This document shows positions 45,131 to 58,500 of a stretch of 64,000 nt of DNA, piece by piece. Location of the stretch: the NCBI GenBank assembly GCA_964016885.1, contig OZ024747.1:17360001-17424000 (forward strand), given 5' to 3'. Position 1 is the stretch's first letter; each line of letters opens with the position of its first letter. Below the pieces are notes generated by a model, which was not told where the DNA came from, searched no databases, and saw only the letters and a list, made by a program, of their open reading frames with translations. The position numbers and the translations under genes were made by a program. The stretch is from Eledone cirrhosa (taxonomy: Eukaryota).

Positions 45131-48100
45131 CTCTCTCTCTCTCTCTGCTTGTCAGTCCCATTTTTGGGGTCCGTGAGGGATTGGCTGTGTTCAATCCAGG
45201 ATGTTATACGCCACGTTTAAAATTGCCAAGATATTTAAGTATATTAGTTGAGAAATATACTTACCTAAAACTTGACATACTATAATTAGACAACATGAGG
45301 TATAATATATTTGACTGCAACCTATCCTTGGATCATTAATATCACTACATCCATTCCATCATATTTTACTTCCATCGATCTACTAACCAATTGATTACTT
45401 CTCTAATAAAATATGACATCCTGTCTTGTTGTGCAGAAGCTTATACGGTCTGCCACCCGTTTTCCAAGATAATATAACTCTATTTAAAATAAAAGTGAAG
45501 GAAACTACCCGTTACAGAATCTAAGTATGAGAAAGTTTACCAATTAATGAGTGGGAGAAAATTGTGTGAGGTGTAAACAAGATGAGTGAGAATGAAGAAT
45601 GATGACTAGCTGTTTATTGATTATTTTACAGGTGTATGTGGGGGGATGTAGTGTATGTGGATATATCTGCGTGTTTACGTCATATTGACTTAGGATGTCA
45701 TGCTTTCTTACCGCCTTTGATGTTTCACTGCAATGCAGTGTTGAATTTGTAACGCAATGCATCAGACAGAAAATAAATTACAAACATTATCAGGAAGTAA
45801 AAATATATACACAAACAAGCCACTATTCTGGAATATACGCAAATGGAAAAGAGAAAAATATTACAAGTGAACTATAAACAAGAAGCTTTATTCCAGCTCC
45901 ATTACAGTGTAAATATCATTGTAAAGATCAACAGCAAACTCATTTTCTTATTTCAATATTGTATTTTTAAGTTAGGGTTATCGTTTCAGGAACTTCCGGA
46001 AGCCACAGGTTCAGTGTTTTATCATGGTTATTGTAAAGCATCAAGAGGATGAGGAAAAAGGTTTTGACTAGATATCAAGCTAGTCTAACATTGACAACTT
46101 CTCACATGATATGATTCGATGTACGCTTTGAAAATAAATGGAATACACGAAGAATTCTATCTGACCTTCAAACGACTCTACTAATTCTCCGCCTCACCAT
46201 ATATGATTATCGATAATTATTTATTGCTTAGCAGGGGGACATAAAAAGATTACAAAATATGTCGTACAAACTTCAATATCATGAACATCGACAAAATATT
46301 TTGATAATGCCCGAATACAAAGTACTGGCCTATCAGTTGTTGTTTTTTACAATATGATATTTACGTAGCATCCTTGTTTTAAATTTGATAGTATAAAACG
46401 TAACATATTTACAAAGAGCTTGATTTCTGTTTAGGGTTTCTACATTACATCTGTCAGAAATAAACACATTCAACCATTAAGGTAATATTTTCTGAATGAA
46501 AATGTATAGTTCTATAGTATATATGTTTGTCATATAGTCACTAGCTATTCTGTTTGAATTAATATCTACACTGATTCAGTACCAGCAACTATATGATTCA
46601 TTGAATGCAGGGGGATTTAAAGCAAAGGGAGGCCCAGCATGTTTTTCAATCTGAGTTAATGAAACAATGTATTATAAAGCGTTTTAATCCATCACAATAT
46701 TGTTTTTGCCCCCTCACTGGCTTCCACGGGTTAAAATATTGATTACTTTTTCAAGCTCAGACTGACAAATCAATAATGGCAGGGAAATATTTAAGTTGTA
46801 TCCAGGTTCGGGTCGAATATCCGAATCTTAATTTCTGGTCATTTAACTAATTCAATAATCCCAGCTTCCACACCAATAATTCTTGCAATGATGTGTAACG
46901 TGTCAGCATATCAATCAGTATTTCCATAGGCAATTTTTACTATAGCAAACAGGCTGACTAATATCCCAGAAGAGAAAACCTTCATCCATGAAAATGTTTT
47001 GCTGTAATGGCTACAAATTTATTACTAGAAGAATATTCGTAAACAGCGTCTATTATGTTAGAGGGTAAACATAATAATCCATTTGACCGTAATTATTGTT
47101 GCATTTTATAAATAATTTATGAACTGGATCATTCGATAATATTTCTTTCTTATCCTGCATTTTCTGATTATTACATGCATTATTTGAATTCATTTACATT
47201 TCTTTTAATTACCAATTTATTTTATTTATTTATTTATTCATTCATTTATTTTCATGTTTATTCATAACTAACTTCTGATACATTTTGATTATTAACAAGA
47301 CCGATCGATATCGAGGCAGTGAATCAAATGAATTAGCCCAAAATAACATCTAATATGTTGTATTTTTTTCTCTTATTGTTTGAGAAAAGGCAAATAGATA
47401 ACCTCGACAAAGCTTGAACTTATAACACAAAAGGGCGAAAATCATTTAATCCAAGATGGGGTCACCATAAAAGCGCCCTCACTATGGTCCTCCTAAAATC
47501 AATTCAAACAATAAACACCAAAATAAACTTAATACTATTCAAGAGAATTGCGTTGGTGTAGTTGAAAGTAAACCTCTTGACTACATCATTATTGTAAAAC
47601 GTTCCATTCATGTCTTTGTTTCAAATACTGCCAAGATCTACTTTGATCTTCATTGCTTTAAGGTTAATAACATAAATACCAGTCGTATAATTATTCTTGA
47701 TTCAATCGATTTTACATCATTCTGATAAATCTTAATCGTGTGCAAATGCCAGAAATCGATATTAATCTCTGAGACAAAATGATAATATTAAGTTTATATG
47801 TTTTAAAGGTTACTGATGAACCTAATTATTTAGATAGTTACAAGTGCTGTATAAAGGGATATTAATGTCTCATCGCATTGAAGCTCTGGTTTTGTTTACA
47901 GAATTGATTAGATTTCACTTCGGATAAGAAATCATAATTAGTCAAATAGACTGTATCGAAATATGGAACAATGTGGGACTAGTTAGTATGAATCATGAGC
48001 TACATACAGCTCATAGGTCGCCATGAATAGAGTGGGAATTCGTTAGATGAGATGAATTGATCATATGAACTTGACGCTTGCATTGAACACTCATGCTTGA

Positions 48101-48179
48101 ATATTTCGATCAAAGCGCTCAAGTGAATTCAAATAACTGAACTTGACAGACTAATTCCCTTTTGTGCCCTGAGTCATCA

Positions 48180-48720
48180 GTTGCCGAACTACTGTTTTCT
48201 TCGGAAAAATTAGCAGGATTGCACTCCTTCTGGGGAATTAGCCCTGTCGAACGGAATCACTGAAGTAGTGGTTGTCACTGGCTGTTATCGCAGCAATGCT
48301 TTCGTCATTTTATCCATGGGTTGCGGTTGAGATATACTGCCTTGACTGGAATCTATACTGTGTCGCTCCATCTCCTATCCCTTACTTTTATCTTTTTATT
48401 GCAAACATGATACGATTTGATTGAAATTTGTTGAATAAAGATTTTTATCACTAATACAAATACAAACGATATTAATCACACGCTGGATTAAGCCTCGACA
48501 TGTCATTGTTGACGTAGCTGCGTTGGCATCAGGCCATCTTGTCCATTCTTGTCAACTGTTGATAGGTGTTGGGTGTGTATCGTGGTAGGAATACCAGCCC
48601 TGGCAATTAGCACCTAGGTTTCAAAACTATTGTGAACTGAATAATATATTATGACCCTAACAACCTAGTAGATAGGCTGCTGCTGCGCAAACATCGTAAA
48701 AGCGAAATTCATATCTATGA
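48180..48720 (-). mobile_element. Highly decayed RTE(BovB)-like LINE remnant
   Basis: The minus-strand fragment VLIARAGIPTTIHT resembles EVLxRAGIPSIHTL. The extent is uncertain. Confidence 0.35.
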
Positions 48721-49058
48721 AAGCTTTGTGAAACGAGAATTTATATGAATTCTATCACGTAAATCGTATATATTCTCTCTTCCCTTTCTCTTCCCTTCAG
48801 CTGCTATGTATGTATGGCTGTTTATTAATGCATAAGGCAACTCAAGTACGTCCATCATCAGGTGTCGGTTAAGCATAGGAACGTTAGGATTTAACGGTAA
48901 GAAATCAAATGAATTAGAGCTGCAGCTACGATGGTGAGGTCTGGAGAATATGATACCCAAATCAGAACCATAATATATGATGATGAAATTGGCACTTTTT
49001 AATGATAGTTCTATATATACGTAGATAGATAGACGTGCTAGACGTTATATAGTACAGT

Positions 49059-49238
49059 TGGTTGGCAGAATCATTAGAGAGTCGGACGCCATGCTTTGCA
49101 GCATAGAGTTACGTCCCTTTTCGGTCTAAGGTCAAATCCTGCCGAGGTTAAATTTGCCTTTCATCCTTACAGGATCGATAAAATAAAGTACCAGTAATAC
49201 ACTGGGATAATTGCTTCCTTGTGCAAAAAACAGAAACA
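49059..49238 (+). mobile_element. SINE (type B) with 15-bp TSD
   Basis: The TSD GTTATATAGTACAGT is at 49044-49058 and 49239-49253. Confidence 0.9.
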
Positions 49239-50463
49239 GTTATATAGTACAGTGTCTACTCGAATTATAGTTAGATACTGAAAGTTTTATTGCAACTAAA
49301 TTCATTTGTTTTGAAACGGCAATTACAAATGTGGACCTCAAATATATTTTGCTTTTCACATTATGTCGATATTGATATAATATCAAATAACATGCATATA
49401 AAACTGTTTCGGATATATCAACATGTTTATCAAGAATTGCAAAGCAAAAAATATTTCATCAGTTTCTAATATCAATTATATATTTTCTTTCATATTCATC
49501 ATGCCCAACTATGAGACATATTTTTCACAACGAGATCTGTAGGAGCATACCTACGATAAGACAAATTACGTCTTTATTTTAGTCCGGACCAATCCTGCCA
49601 CTTCCAATGTTAAGTTACATGTATATTTTGCTGTTATATTCAACAGGATCTAGAACCATATATATGTTCCTTTATTGACTCAGGTTATGGGTATGTGGTA
49701 TATTTAACAGATTGTATATGAAGAAATAAAGAAGAATATGTTCTGATATTAGAATCGGCTAACATAAAGACAGCTGTTATTTATAATACATATTATAGTT
49801 TAATTATATTGGTAAAATATTTTTGAAGTCTCAATAAAAATTCCACAAAAATAATTTCAAATTTATTATCAAATTTAATTCCATATCTTATCTAAAATAT
49901 AATATTTCACTTTATATTTTATTTTTGAGACATTTATTCTAAAGAAGAATTTAATAAGCTGCTAACATTATATTATTATGTTTATTAACACGTCGTTATA
50001 AATCCATATATATGTGTGTGTGTGTGTGTGTGTGTCTGTATGTGCGTGTGCATACGTATCTGTGTGTTCGTGTGTCTGTGTGTACGCGTAGGTGCGTATG
50101 TGTGTGTGTGTGTGTGGCTAGTTTGTAGCGATTGTATATATATATAATTCTCTTCCAATGCACAATCTTTCAATATTTATTCCGTACGCTTCTCTCGCTT
50201 TACTTTTATGTATGTATGGATCTGTAAGTCCTGTTACTGTTGTAGGGGTATCGTAGTTATCAGAGCATATTAGGAAACCTTAAACCTGGTGGTTTGAACA
50301 CAAATCTGAACACAACTGGATTATTTCTAAGAAAGAGAGAGAGAGTGTGTCTCTCTCTGTGTGTGTGCGTGTGTGGGGGTGGGTGTGTGTGTGTACCTGT
50401 GTATGTGTCCCTGTGTGTGTGCTTGTGTGCTTCTGCATGTGAGTGATAGAATGGAAGTGAAAA

Positions 50464-50503
<40 letters not shown>

Positions 50504-50855
50504 AGTTATAGAGGAAAAATTGACTCGATATTTCGAAGAAGGAATTGCAGAATCTGCGCAGAATCCATCTAGTTTAAAAATACTTCGGTTCACAACACAT
50601 TATACACGAATTGAAAACCCTCTTTAGGTGAAACGCGTGTTCTCAAGTATTGTTTGGTTATTGTTGTGGAACCAACTATATATATATATATATATATACA
50701 TACATCTATTTTTGATTTTAATTTGAATTACTATACAAATATAGTATAGTATAATATATGCCGCTCCACACTGTGCATCAATATATATATATATATGTAT
50801 CTGTATGTCTCTTGCGTTGACTGGGCGGTCAATTATATGTACAAACATTAAAAAT

Positions 50856-50902
50856 TGCTCCGAAGACTCCAAGCCTAGGTTTGGAAGAAACAATTTTAAG
50901 TG
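50856..50902 (+). ncRNA. Decayed hammerhead-like motif
   Basis: TGCT-CCGAAGA-C-TCCAAGCCTAGGTTTGGA-A-GAAA-CAATTT-TA-AGTG, followed by AATAAA. Confidence 0.45.
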
Positions 50903-50954
50903 AATAAATGTTTTGAACATAGCTTTGATTATGGTGAATTCTATATATACATAG

Positions 50955-50995
<41 letters not shown>

Positions 50996-51032
50996 GGGGT
51001 AACAATTATATATATTCTCTTCATTCTCGCAA

Positions 51033-51138
51033 GCTCCGATGAACTGACTGGTTATAATTTTGTATTGGCGATCGAGTAACGCGAAAATAAGCGGATAGCG
51101 ATCTCTAGACCTACCAGTTCAGAGAAACAATTGTCAGC
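51033..51138 (+). ncRNA. Hammerhead-like motif with long stem II (core CCGATGA)
   Basis: GCT-CCGATGA-A-CTGACTGGT...ACCAGTTCAG-A-GAAA-CAATTG-TC-AGC. Confidence 0.5.
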
Positions 51139-51191
51139 AATGAGATTAAAAACCTTTTTTGTATAGCAAACCGTGTTACTCTTCTTTCCTG

Positions 51192-51233
<42 letters not shown>

Positions 51234-51296
51234 CATACATACATATATATATATAATATGGAAAACGAAGAATCCTCTTTGCTTCGTAATCACTAA

Positions 51297-51389
51297 ACGT
51301 ATCTGAGGAACTTGCGAATCAAGAGTCAGTATCGATCCACAAACAGATCGCACCTCGAGCTGTTCGCCAGAGAAACAATTGTAATACGT
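51297..51389 (+). ncRNA. Type I hammerhead ribozyme with long stem II; predicted cleavage after 51383
   Basis: ACGTAT-CTGAGGA-A-CTTGCGAA...TTCGCCAG-A-GAAA-CAATTG-TA-ATACGT, followed by AATAAA. It has a perfect 6-bp stem I and a palindromic ACAATTGT. Confidence 0.7.
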
Positions 51390-51680
51390 AATAAATTGTG
51401 TTCCTATGCATCACTGATTCTTCATTTTCCATATTATTATACTCTGCTCCAAGGGGCATAGAGTGCTCAAAGGCATACCGCCTATGGACGCATCCAAGAA
51501 ACCTTACTACAAATATACTATAACACACACACGCACACACACTCACACACACACAAACTCATGCTTACGCACGTGCTCAAGTATAGCTCTTTTTACAAAA
51601 CATTTTTTTTTTCCATTTCAGGTAGACCGCGCCATCATCTACTTTTCTAAAAAAACAAATCATACACAAAACGCCAGAAC

Positions 51681-51915
51681 CAACAGTTTTGCAAGAGATG
51701 TCAACATGAATGGACCTGTTATTTTTCTCTAAAGACATTTTTTTCCAATTCCATCCCGCCCGTCCCCTCAATCTATTTTATTTCTCATTCTTTCTCCTGA
51801 TGAAGGACTAGCGTCCGAAACGTTAAGGCCCTCTTCCTGCTATATCAAGCGTTTACCTAATATATACCTTCCATATACTGTACCGATTGTGTTGTTATTT
51901 CTGTTTACCGTTTAC
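51681..51915 (+). mobile_element. Penelope-like pLTR fragment (family P1) with HHR core at 51797-51824
   Basis: CTGATGA-A-GGAC(TAGC)GTCC-GAAACGTT. Homologous to 30867-31100. Confidence 0.75.
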
Positions 51916-51976
<61 letters not shown>

Positions 51977-52123
51977 TACACATATACATATATATATATA
52001 TATATACATATACATATCGATTTTGGTAGAGTTTGATTACCACTAGATACGCTGCTAATTAAACAGATTAATATTGACCAAGAAGTAATATTCCCCGAGC
52101 AATAGTATATGAATCCATTATAT

Positions 52124-52213
<90 letters not shown>

Positions 52214-52623
52214 GTGTGTGAGTGTGTGTGTGTATGTATACACATATGTATGTATTTACTAGATAATTATGTAATATCAAGATCTTCATTAAAATCATGC
52301 GAGTTTTATACATACCATTGTGAATTCAATGCCAAACGAAGTCTATCTATCATTTACAATTTTTATTAGAATCATTTTCTCGGGGGAATCTTATGCCATA
52401 TCTCATTTGTATAGTGACACGTTATTTTTCAAGGATAAATTTAACCCTGGAACTATTTATGCATAGTCTTTTCTATACAATTCGTCTCAGTGTCTTATTA
52501 CATTTCTCGAGAAATGCCATCCTATCCTAGCCAATCATTAGCTATTTCCCCTATTAGACATTCAAGTTGGCAGAGAATTAAATATATATGCACACATTGA
52601 AATAGAGATATACTTATATTAAA

Positions 52624-53875
52624 CTAGCAGTAAAGCCCGGCGTTGCTCGGGGCTGCTCAAATATTATCAGTATCCTAATGACTTAACATCGCTTTCTCTC
52701 TCTCTCTCTATCTATCTATCTCTCTCTCTATATATATATATATATATCTCGTTCTGTTTCTCCATACCCCTCTTTCTATCTCCCTCCCTCTTACGTATCC
52801 CTCTTTCTCTCTAAAAAAATATTCAAACATTGTAACAAACTTACCATTATGACGTCACATCGACTTTCTACGGCATAAAGAACGTTTTTACGTCATGAGA
52901 GCAGTCATTTATTGAAAATTAAGAAAAGCAAAACATTAAGAAGGCCCAGCATAAGCCAAATTCTCAAATACTTGATTAAACAATGCACCAATGGTTTTCA
53001 TTCAAACGTTTGGGATATATTCCTATATATAATTTTAACTGGAGCTGAAAAGGTTTTATAGAATACGTTTTGTCAGGTGAGTGGATTACCAGATTAAAGT
53101 ATGCCATTGTAGATAGCATGTGAATACGAGCAGCAAACCCACCATTTTATGAATTGTCAAGGAATGTAGCTTATCAAATATACAGTAACCATAAAAGAGG
53201 TATTTAATGTAAATCTCTAAGAAGGAAAATATTAGCAACTTCTAATGAAGTAATCTGTAGCTGTTTCAAGTACAATAATAAATTAAAAGTTCTAACCCCA
53301 ATAAAGGTTAGAACTTTTAATGATTAATACATTCCGTCGTGGTAGAGTCTCTTCTGTTATAAGTCCCAATCTAATGGTTTTCAAAATTGGTCACTGAGGA
53401 ATTTCTAAACATAATTTGTTTGACATGAGTAAATCCTTAGGTATTAAAAGTTTATATAGTATAAGAGTAGCGTTTGTTTCCATGAAACTAAATTTATTCC
53501 ATGCTGTAGAAATAATTTTCGTAAAGTCTAGAATCCAATGTCGTTATTGACAGTCTCTTTGGGAATCAAGCAGAGTTTCAAATACAGAAATAGTTTCATG
53601 AAATTTAGAGATAAGGGTTTGATCTTCGCTTCTTCTTTTATATCTGCCTCACTTTTAGAAAATGTTGTAAATTTTCTCCTTTTTTCCTGTTTAACATTAT
53701 TCATTCTAGTAACGAAGATGAAGAACGTATTTAGGATCATGCCTCGGTTTTTATTTATTCATCTCTGTGAAGATTTTATTTCTGAAGTTGGAGATTAAAA
53801 CGATGAGGTAGTCGCCTAATTTCGCTCTGATAATAAATACGAAGAGGATATTTATGGATTTTATATTAGGTAAGG
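52624..53875 (-). mobile_element. Helitron-like element (3' end clear, 5' end uncertain)
   Basis: The minus-strand 3' end is CCCGAGCAACGCCGGGCTTTACTGCTAG|T (GC hairpin plus CTAG). Confidence 0.55.
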
Positions 53876-54079
53876 TTAAGGTAATGTATTGTCAGAATTG
53901 TTAGCTCATTGGATATAATGCTTCGTAGTGTATGTCTTGGATCTTTACCTTCAGGTTTCCAATACCACCAGGGTAAACATTGCTTTTCATATATATATAT
54001 GTATATATATATGTATATATATGTATATATATATGTATATATATATGTATGTATAGATATATTTGTTTATTCTTAAACC

Positions 54080-54143
<64 letters not shown>

Positions 54144-54164
54144 CATACATATTATCGAGTATAG

Positions 54165-54381
54165 CGAACGTGCAATGCCTGAGCGGTCAGATTTATTTTA
54201 AAGTGAGGAAAGAGTATGCACTGGGCCAATCCCATTATCTGAGCGACAGTAACTATAACCCGAAAAGAAGAAAAGATCAACATCATCGGCAACTACTGAG
54301 CCGCAGGTTTTATGTCGGAGGTATCCCAGTTTCCTGAGTTGCCTTCTCCTAGATGAATGCCCTGACAAATGCTAGGGGTCC
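54165..54381 (-). mobile_element. Diverged relative of the 22615-23166 element (central part)
   Basis: Shares GCAATGCCTG, AAAAGAAGAAxAxxTCAACATCAT, CCTTCTCCTAGA and GCTAxGGG motifs in the same order. Confidence 0.6.
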
Positions 54382-54416
54382 TTAACATACATACATACAC
54401 ACATACATACATACAT

Positions 54417-54670
54417 GGTGGCTGCCAACTCGTTTTCGAGTACGGCCACTACTTTATATTCATGTAGCAGAACCCTTACCGATGCGCTGAACGAGTGTGA
54501 CTTTTTAGTCCAGCCAGCGACTTGAAAACTCTGGTACAAACACTACACTTGTGACAATTATTGACACATAGTGCTGGGCCCATGGTGCCATGTGACGACA
54601 AGTGCAGAGAGATCTCCAGATATAAAGCAATGCCTGTGCCATGAAGCTTTTATAGTGAGCAAAGGCACTG
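54417..54670 (-). mobile_element. Truncated copy of the 22615-23166 element in (CATA)n
   Basis: 254 bp near-identical to 22615-22868. Confidence 0.9.
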
Positions 54671-54754
54671 AACATACATACATACATACATACATACATA
54701 CATACATACATACATGCATACATACATACATACATACATACATACATACATACA

Positions 54755-55989
54755 TTTGAATGTCGCATCATATCTCTTCAACAACATCTACGAACCGCGA
54801 AGCGTAGGAGCCCGTTTCTTGAGCAAGTCTATCTGCTTGAAACAGATAAGATCATGAGAGTTGTGAAGGAACTCCTCGAGAGATATCCCCTGTGTGATAA
54901 TCAAAAACTCACACCGAGGGAAGTCGCTCAGCAGTATCGCAGTGAATCCATGGATGAAAAACTGCATGCTTATCAGCAAAAAAAATCATGCATGGATATG
55001 TTGCCAGGAAGCTCCAGCGTGAGAGTAATATAGATAAGGAAAGTAGTCTATCTTGGACCAACAACCGCTATATTGGCTCCCACTTTGAAGGATATGCTTT
55101 TGCAATCCAAGAACAGGAGATTAACACGAAATACTTGATTCACAAAAAGAGATAGGGATGCAGGCAAAACACCTAGTTGTGATAACAAGTGCAGACTCTG
55201 CAGAACTAACATCGAGGATATCACCCATATCATCAGCAGCTGTCCAAAGATGTCATCGCGGTACTATCTACCTGTGAGGCATGGTGTAGTGGCCAAAACA
55301 CTGTACAATGCAGTTCGTAAAAAAGATAGCCCCGATAATAAACACATTAAAAGCTACAGCAATGTGGAAGACATCCATGTACATAATATGAAAGAGTACT
55401 GGTGGAATGTTCCAGTAAAAACCCCAATAAAATGCAGGCATTTTATTGGTCTGTTGAGACCAGATATTATGATATGGGACAGGGAGAAGAAAACATGCAC
55501 AGTAGTGGAAATTAGCTGCCCAGCAGATGCCAATATAATATCAAAGATTTGCGAAAAGGAGAATATTTATGCAGAACTGATGAGAAATCTGCAGATACTA
55601 CACCCTGATTACACCTTCAGATTTATGCCTGTGATTATTGGGGCACTGGGGTATGTTAGTAACTGCCTCAATACACATCTTGAGAAGCTCGGCTTCACAG
55701 GAACAGAAATTACAAGTACAATCCATTAATGGAACAGTAAAAATATGTAAAATATTCCAAATATTTTGCATCTAATAACTGCATATGCACATGTATAGAT
55801 ACAAAGCATCATACAACTCAAAACATACACATCCACACATACAATAACATCCATATCTACACATGCAGACATGCATACGTAATCTACCTAGTTGATGTTG
55901 TGTAAATTCCAATGAGAGAGTCTTGTGTCTATGTTAGTAACCGACTCTCTCTATTGGTAAAAATGTGTGAAATTATAAAACCAGAAGAA
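54755..55989 (+). mobile_element. R4/Dong-clade non-LTR retrotransposon 3' fragment (family A), in (CATA)n
   Basis: MHGY...SHFEGYAFAIQEQEINTKY...CRLC..IEDITHIISSC (CCHC)...RHG...RPDIMIWD...VVEISCP...EKENIY (restriction-like endonuclease). It has a frameshift at ~54980 and a premature stop at 55727. Confidence 0.9.
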
Positions 55990-56860
55990 CATACATCCAT
56001 ACATACATACATACATACATACATACATACATACATACATACATACATACATACATACATACACACATACATACATACACACATACATACATACATACAT
56101 ACATACATACATACATACATACATACAGACAGACAGACAGACAGACATACGTGCATACATACATGTTTATGCAAGTTTTAAGATGGCATCTCATGTATTA
56201 TCTGAATATTAACTGATCAATTTGTATACAGAGATCAGAGTGTCAATAACCTCGGCATGAAATCAATAACCTTTCATATAACATATGGAGCCGCTCTTCA
56301 AATTTTAAGCAAATGCAATTAACGTAAATTTTGCTCGTTTTGTTTACTTCATGTTATGCATGATAATTGGTATTAAAAATGAGAACACATCAGCATACTC
56401 CCAAGATTACAACCAAAGATGAATTAATCTTGCAACTCCTACACCTCAGATTCTGTATTCACTTATCTACAAACATAAGTAAACGTGCAGGTCTACATAC
56501 ACTTACATGCGCACGAGAACGCACATTGAAATCGTATATTTCGGCTACTTAGTGCAGAATTTACACCCCCACACACAAACATCCATATATATATGTGTGT
56601 GTGAGTGTGTAAGTGTGTGTGTGTGTGTGTGTGTGTGTGGTAAGAAGTGCACTAGCAGCCGCCGCTGTATATGTCAGTGTGTAACCAAGACTGCACCAAC
56701 GTGAATAAATATATACACATATCTATTATGTAAGCATGTAAACATTCCAGAACATACGAATTTCCTACGAAGTTGAAAAATTGATATATATATATATATA
56801 TATATATATACGATATTAACAAATGGAAACTATATTTATAAAACCATATTTATTTCATTA

Positions 56861-56907
56861 TACATATTTCAAGGACACCAAGTTAAATTATGGTGTGCTT
56901 TCATCAG
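56861..56907 (-). ncRNA. Hammerhead-like core in a short insert between (TA)n runs
   Basis: The minus strand reads CTGATGA-AAGCACACCA(10 nt)TGGTGTCCTT-GAAA-TATG-TA, with AATAAA nearby. Stem I is not evident. Confidence 0.5.
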
Positions 56908-56994
56908 ACAAAATATAATATAGATCAGTTTTATAAATAAATATTGACATACCCTTAAAAAATGCAACCATTACTGTTGGAAGCTCCCGGATAG

Positions 56995-57076
<82 letters not shown>

Positions 57077-57264
57077 ATATATGGGTGTATGTATCAGTTA
57101 CACATTATGTATTCATACATAGATACATACATAAGGGTTATAATATATTTACACAATCATATATAAATAGGATATTATACGTAAATACTGTTCTATTCTT
57201 AACAAAATCACTTAAATATTAACGGCCGATTTGCCATATAGTTTTAAGTATGTTCTTTTCATCA

Positions 57265-57489
57265 CGTCGGTAGCAGCGCAATGGCTCTTGCAGCGCACCT
57301 CTCTTACCATTCTCCGTGGAAACGCCTTCTCCATTCTGTCCGCCGGGGCTGGGAGGGCGGCCAGCACGTGGGACCCCATTTGCTCACTATACAGAGAGTT
57401 GTGGGGAGGGCGAGAGAGATGGGGGCGATGTCGGTGGGAGTTCGGCGCTTCCGTGTTCGGACGCATTGCACCTGTCAAGATTGTATATT
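57265..57489 (+). mobile_element. CRE-clade non-LTR retrotransposon extreme 3' fragment
   Basis: WLLQRTSLTILRGNAFSIL matches the CRE C-terminal QRxSxAxQRGNAxS motif, in a GC-rich island. Confidence 0.7.
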
Positions 57490-57644
57490 GAGAGTCTTGT
57501 GTCTATGTTAGAAACCGACTCTCTCTCTCTATTGGTAAAAATTTGTGAAATTATAAAACCAGAAGAACATACATACATACATACATACATACATACATAC
57601 ATACATACATACATACATACATACATACATACATACATACATAC

Positions 57645-58500
57645 TTTTTACAGAAAAAGTTGTGCATGGATACTTGAGGCGTAAAACACAGACCATAGAG
57701 GGGATAAACCACTCAAAAAGCCTGGCATGGAGTTCCGACAAGTTTATGACATCACACCTTGAGGGATATCTCTATGCAATACAGGAACAAGAACTCCCTA
57801 CCAAATATCTGCTGCACAAAAGAGGAGGGCCAGCAGCTGACAATAAATGTAGGCTATGTAAAACAAAGATCGAGGATGTAAGCCACATTGTTGCCAGCTG
57901 CGAAAGAATGTCATCTCGCTACTACCTCTCCATGAGACACGATGGGATAGCTAGAACAATCTGGAACGCACTTCGGAAAACAAAATTAACAACAAACGAG
58001 GAAGAATATATTGAGACAGATGGCACTAAGGAATACTGGTGGAACCTGAAAATAAAAACTGCCACCAGATTAAAGCACAACCGGCCTGATATTGTAGTTT
58101 GGGACCACACATTGAAAACGTGTTCTATTGTGGAGATCAGCTGCCCACTTGATGTAAACGTTGTCAGAAAAATACAGGAGAAGGAGGACATCTACGGACC
58201 ATTGATGAGGAGTTTACAAATCCAGTATCCAAGATACACCTTTAGCTTCATACCCATCATTATTGGTGCTACGGGTTATATACCAACCCGCTTGGACCAA
58301 AGTATGACTGAACTTGGATTTGCGGACAAAAAGCGCAGCTCCCTAATTCATAGTCTACAAATGGCTGCGATAGCTGGCACCTTCAAAATTTGCAAAACAT
58401 TCTTGCGATTCAAGGGATGACAATTTCTTTTCTTTTACAACCTTGCCACCAGGAAGGTGGCCGGTCAAAAAAATAAAAACAAAATTAAGAGAAAGAGAAA
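57645..58500 (+). mobile_element. R4/Dong-clade 3' fragment (family B), open frame 57662-58420, in (CATA)n
   Basis: HLEGYLYAIQEQEL...CRLCKTKIEDVSHIVASC...RHD...NRPDIVVWD...IVEISCP...EKEDIY...GATG. 5'-truncated, so no RT is present. Confidence 0.92.

Noticed and set aside
44519-45220. 233-aa ORF or a CRISPR-like array
   Set aside because: It is a head-to-tail 32-bp minisatellite with no unique spacers, no cas genes and a eukaryotic context.
45843-46052. 69-aa ORF listed on the minus strand
   Set aside because: The listed peptide (MEKRKILQ...) actually reads on the + strand from ATG 45843, so the track label appears wrong. There is no recognisable protein; at most there is a faint decayed PLE endonuclease resemblance nearby.
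57662-58420. Functional or domesticated nuclease gene
   Set aside because: It is a 5'-truncated Dong fragment starting directly in (CATA)n with a GTG start. The open frame reflects youth.
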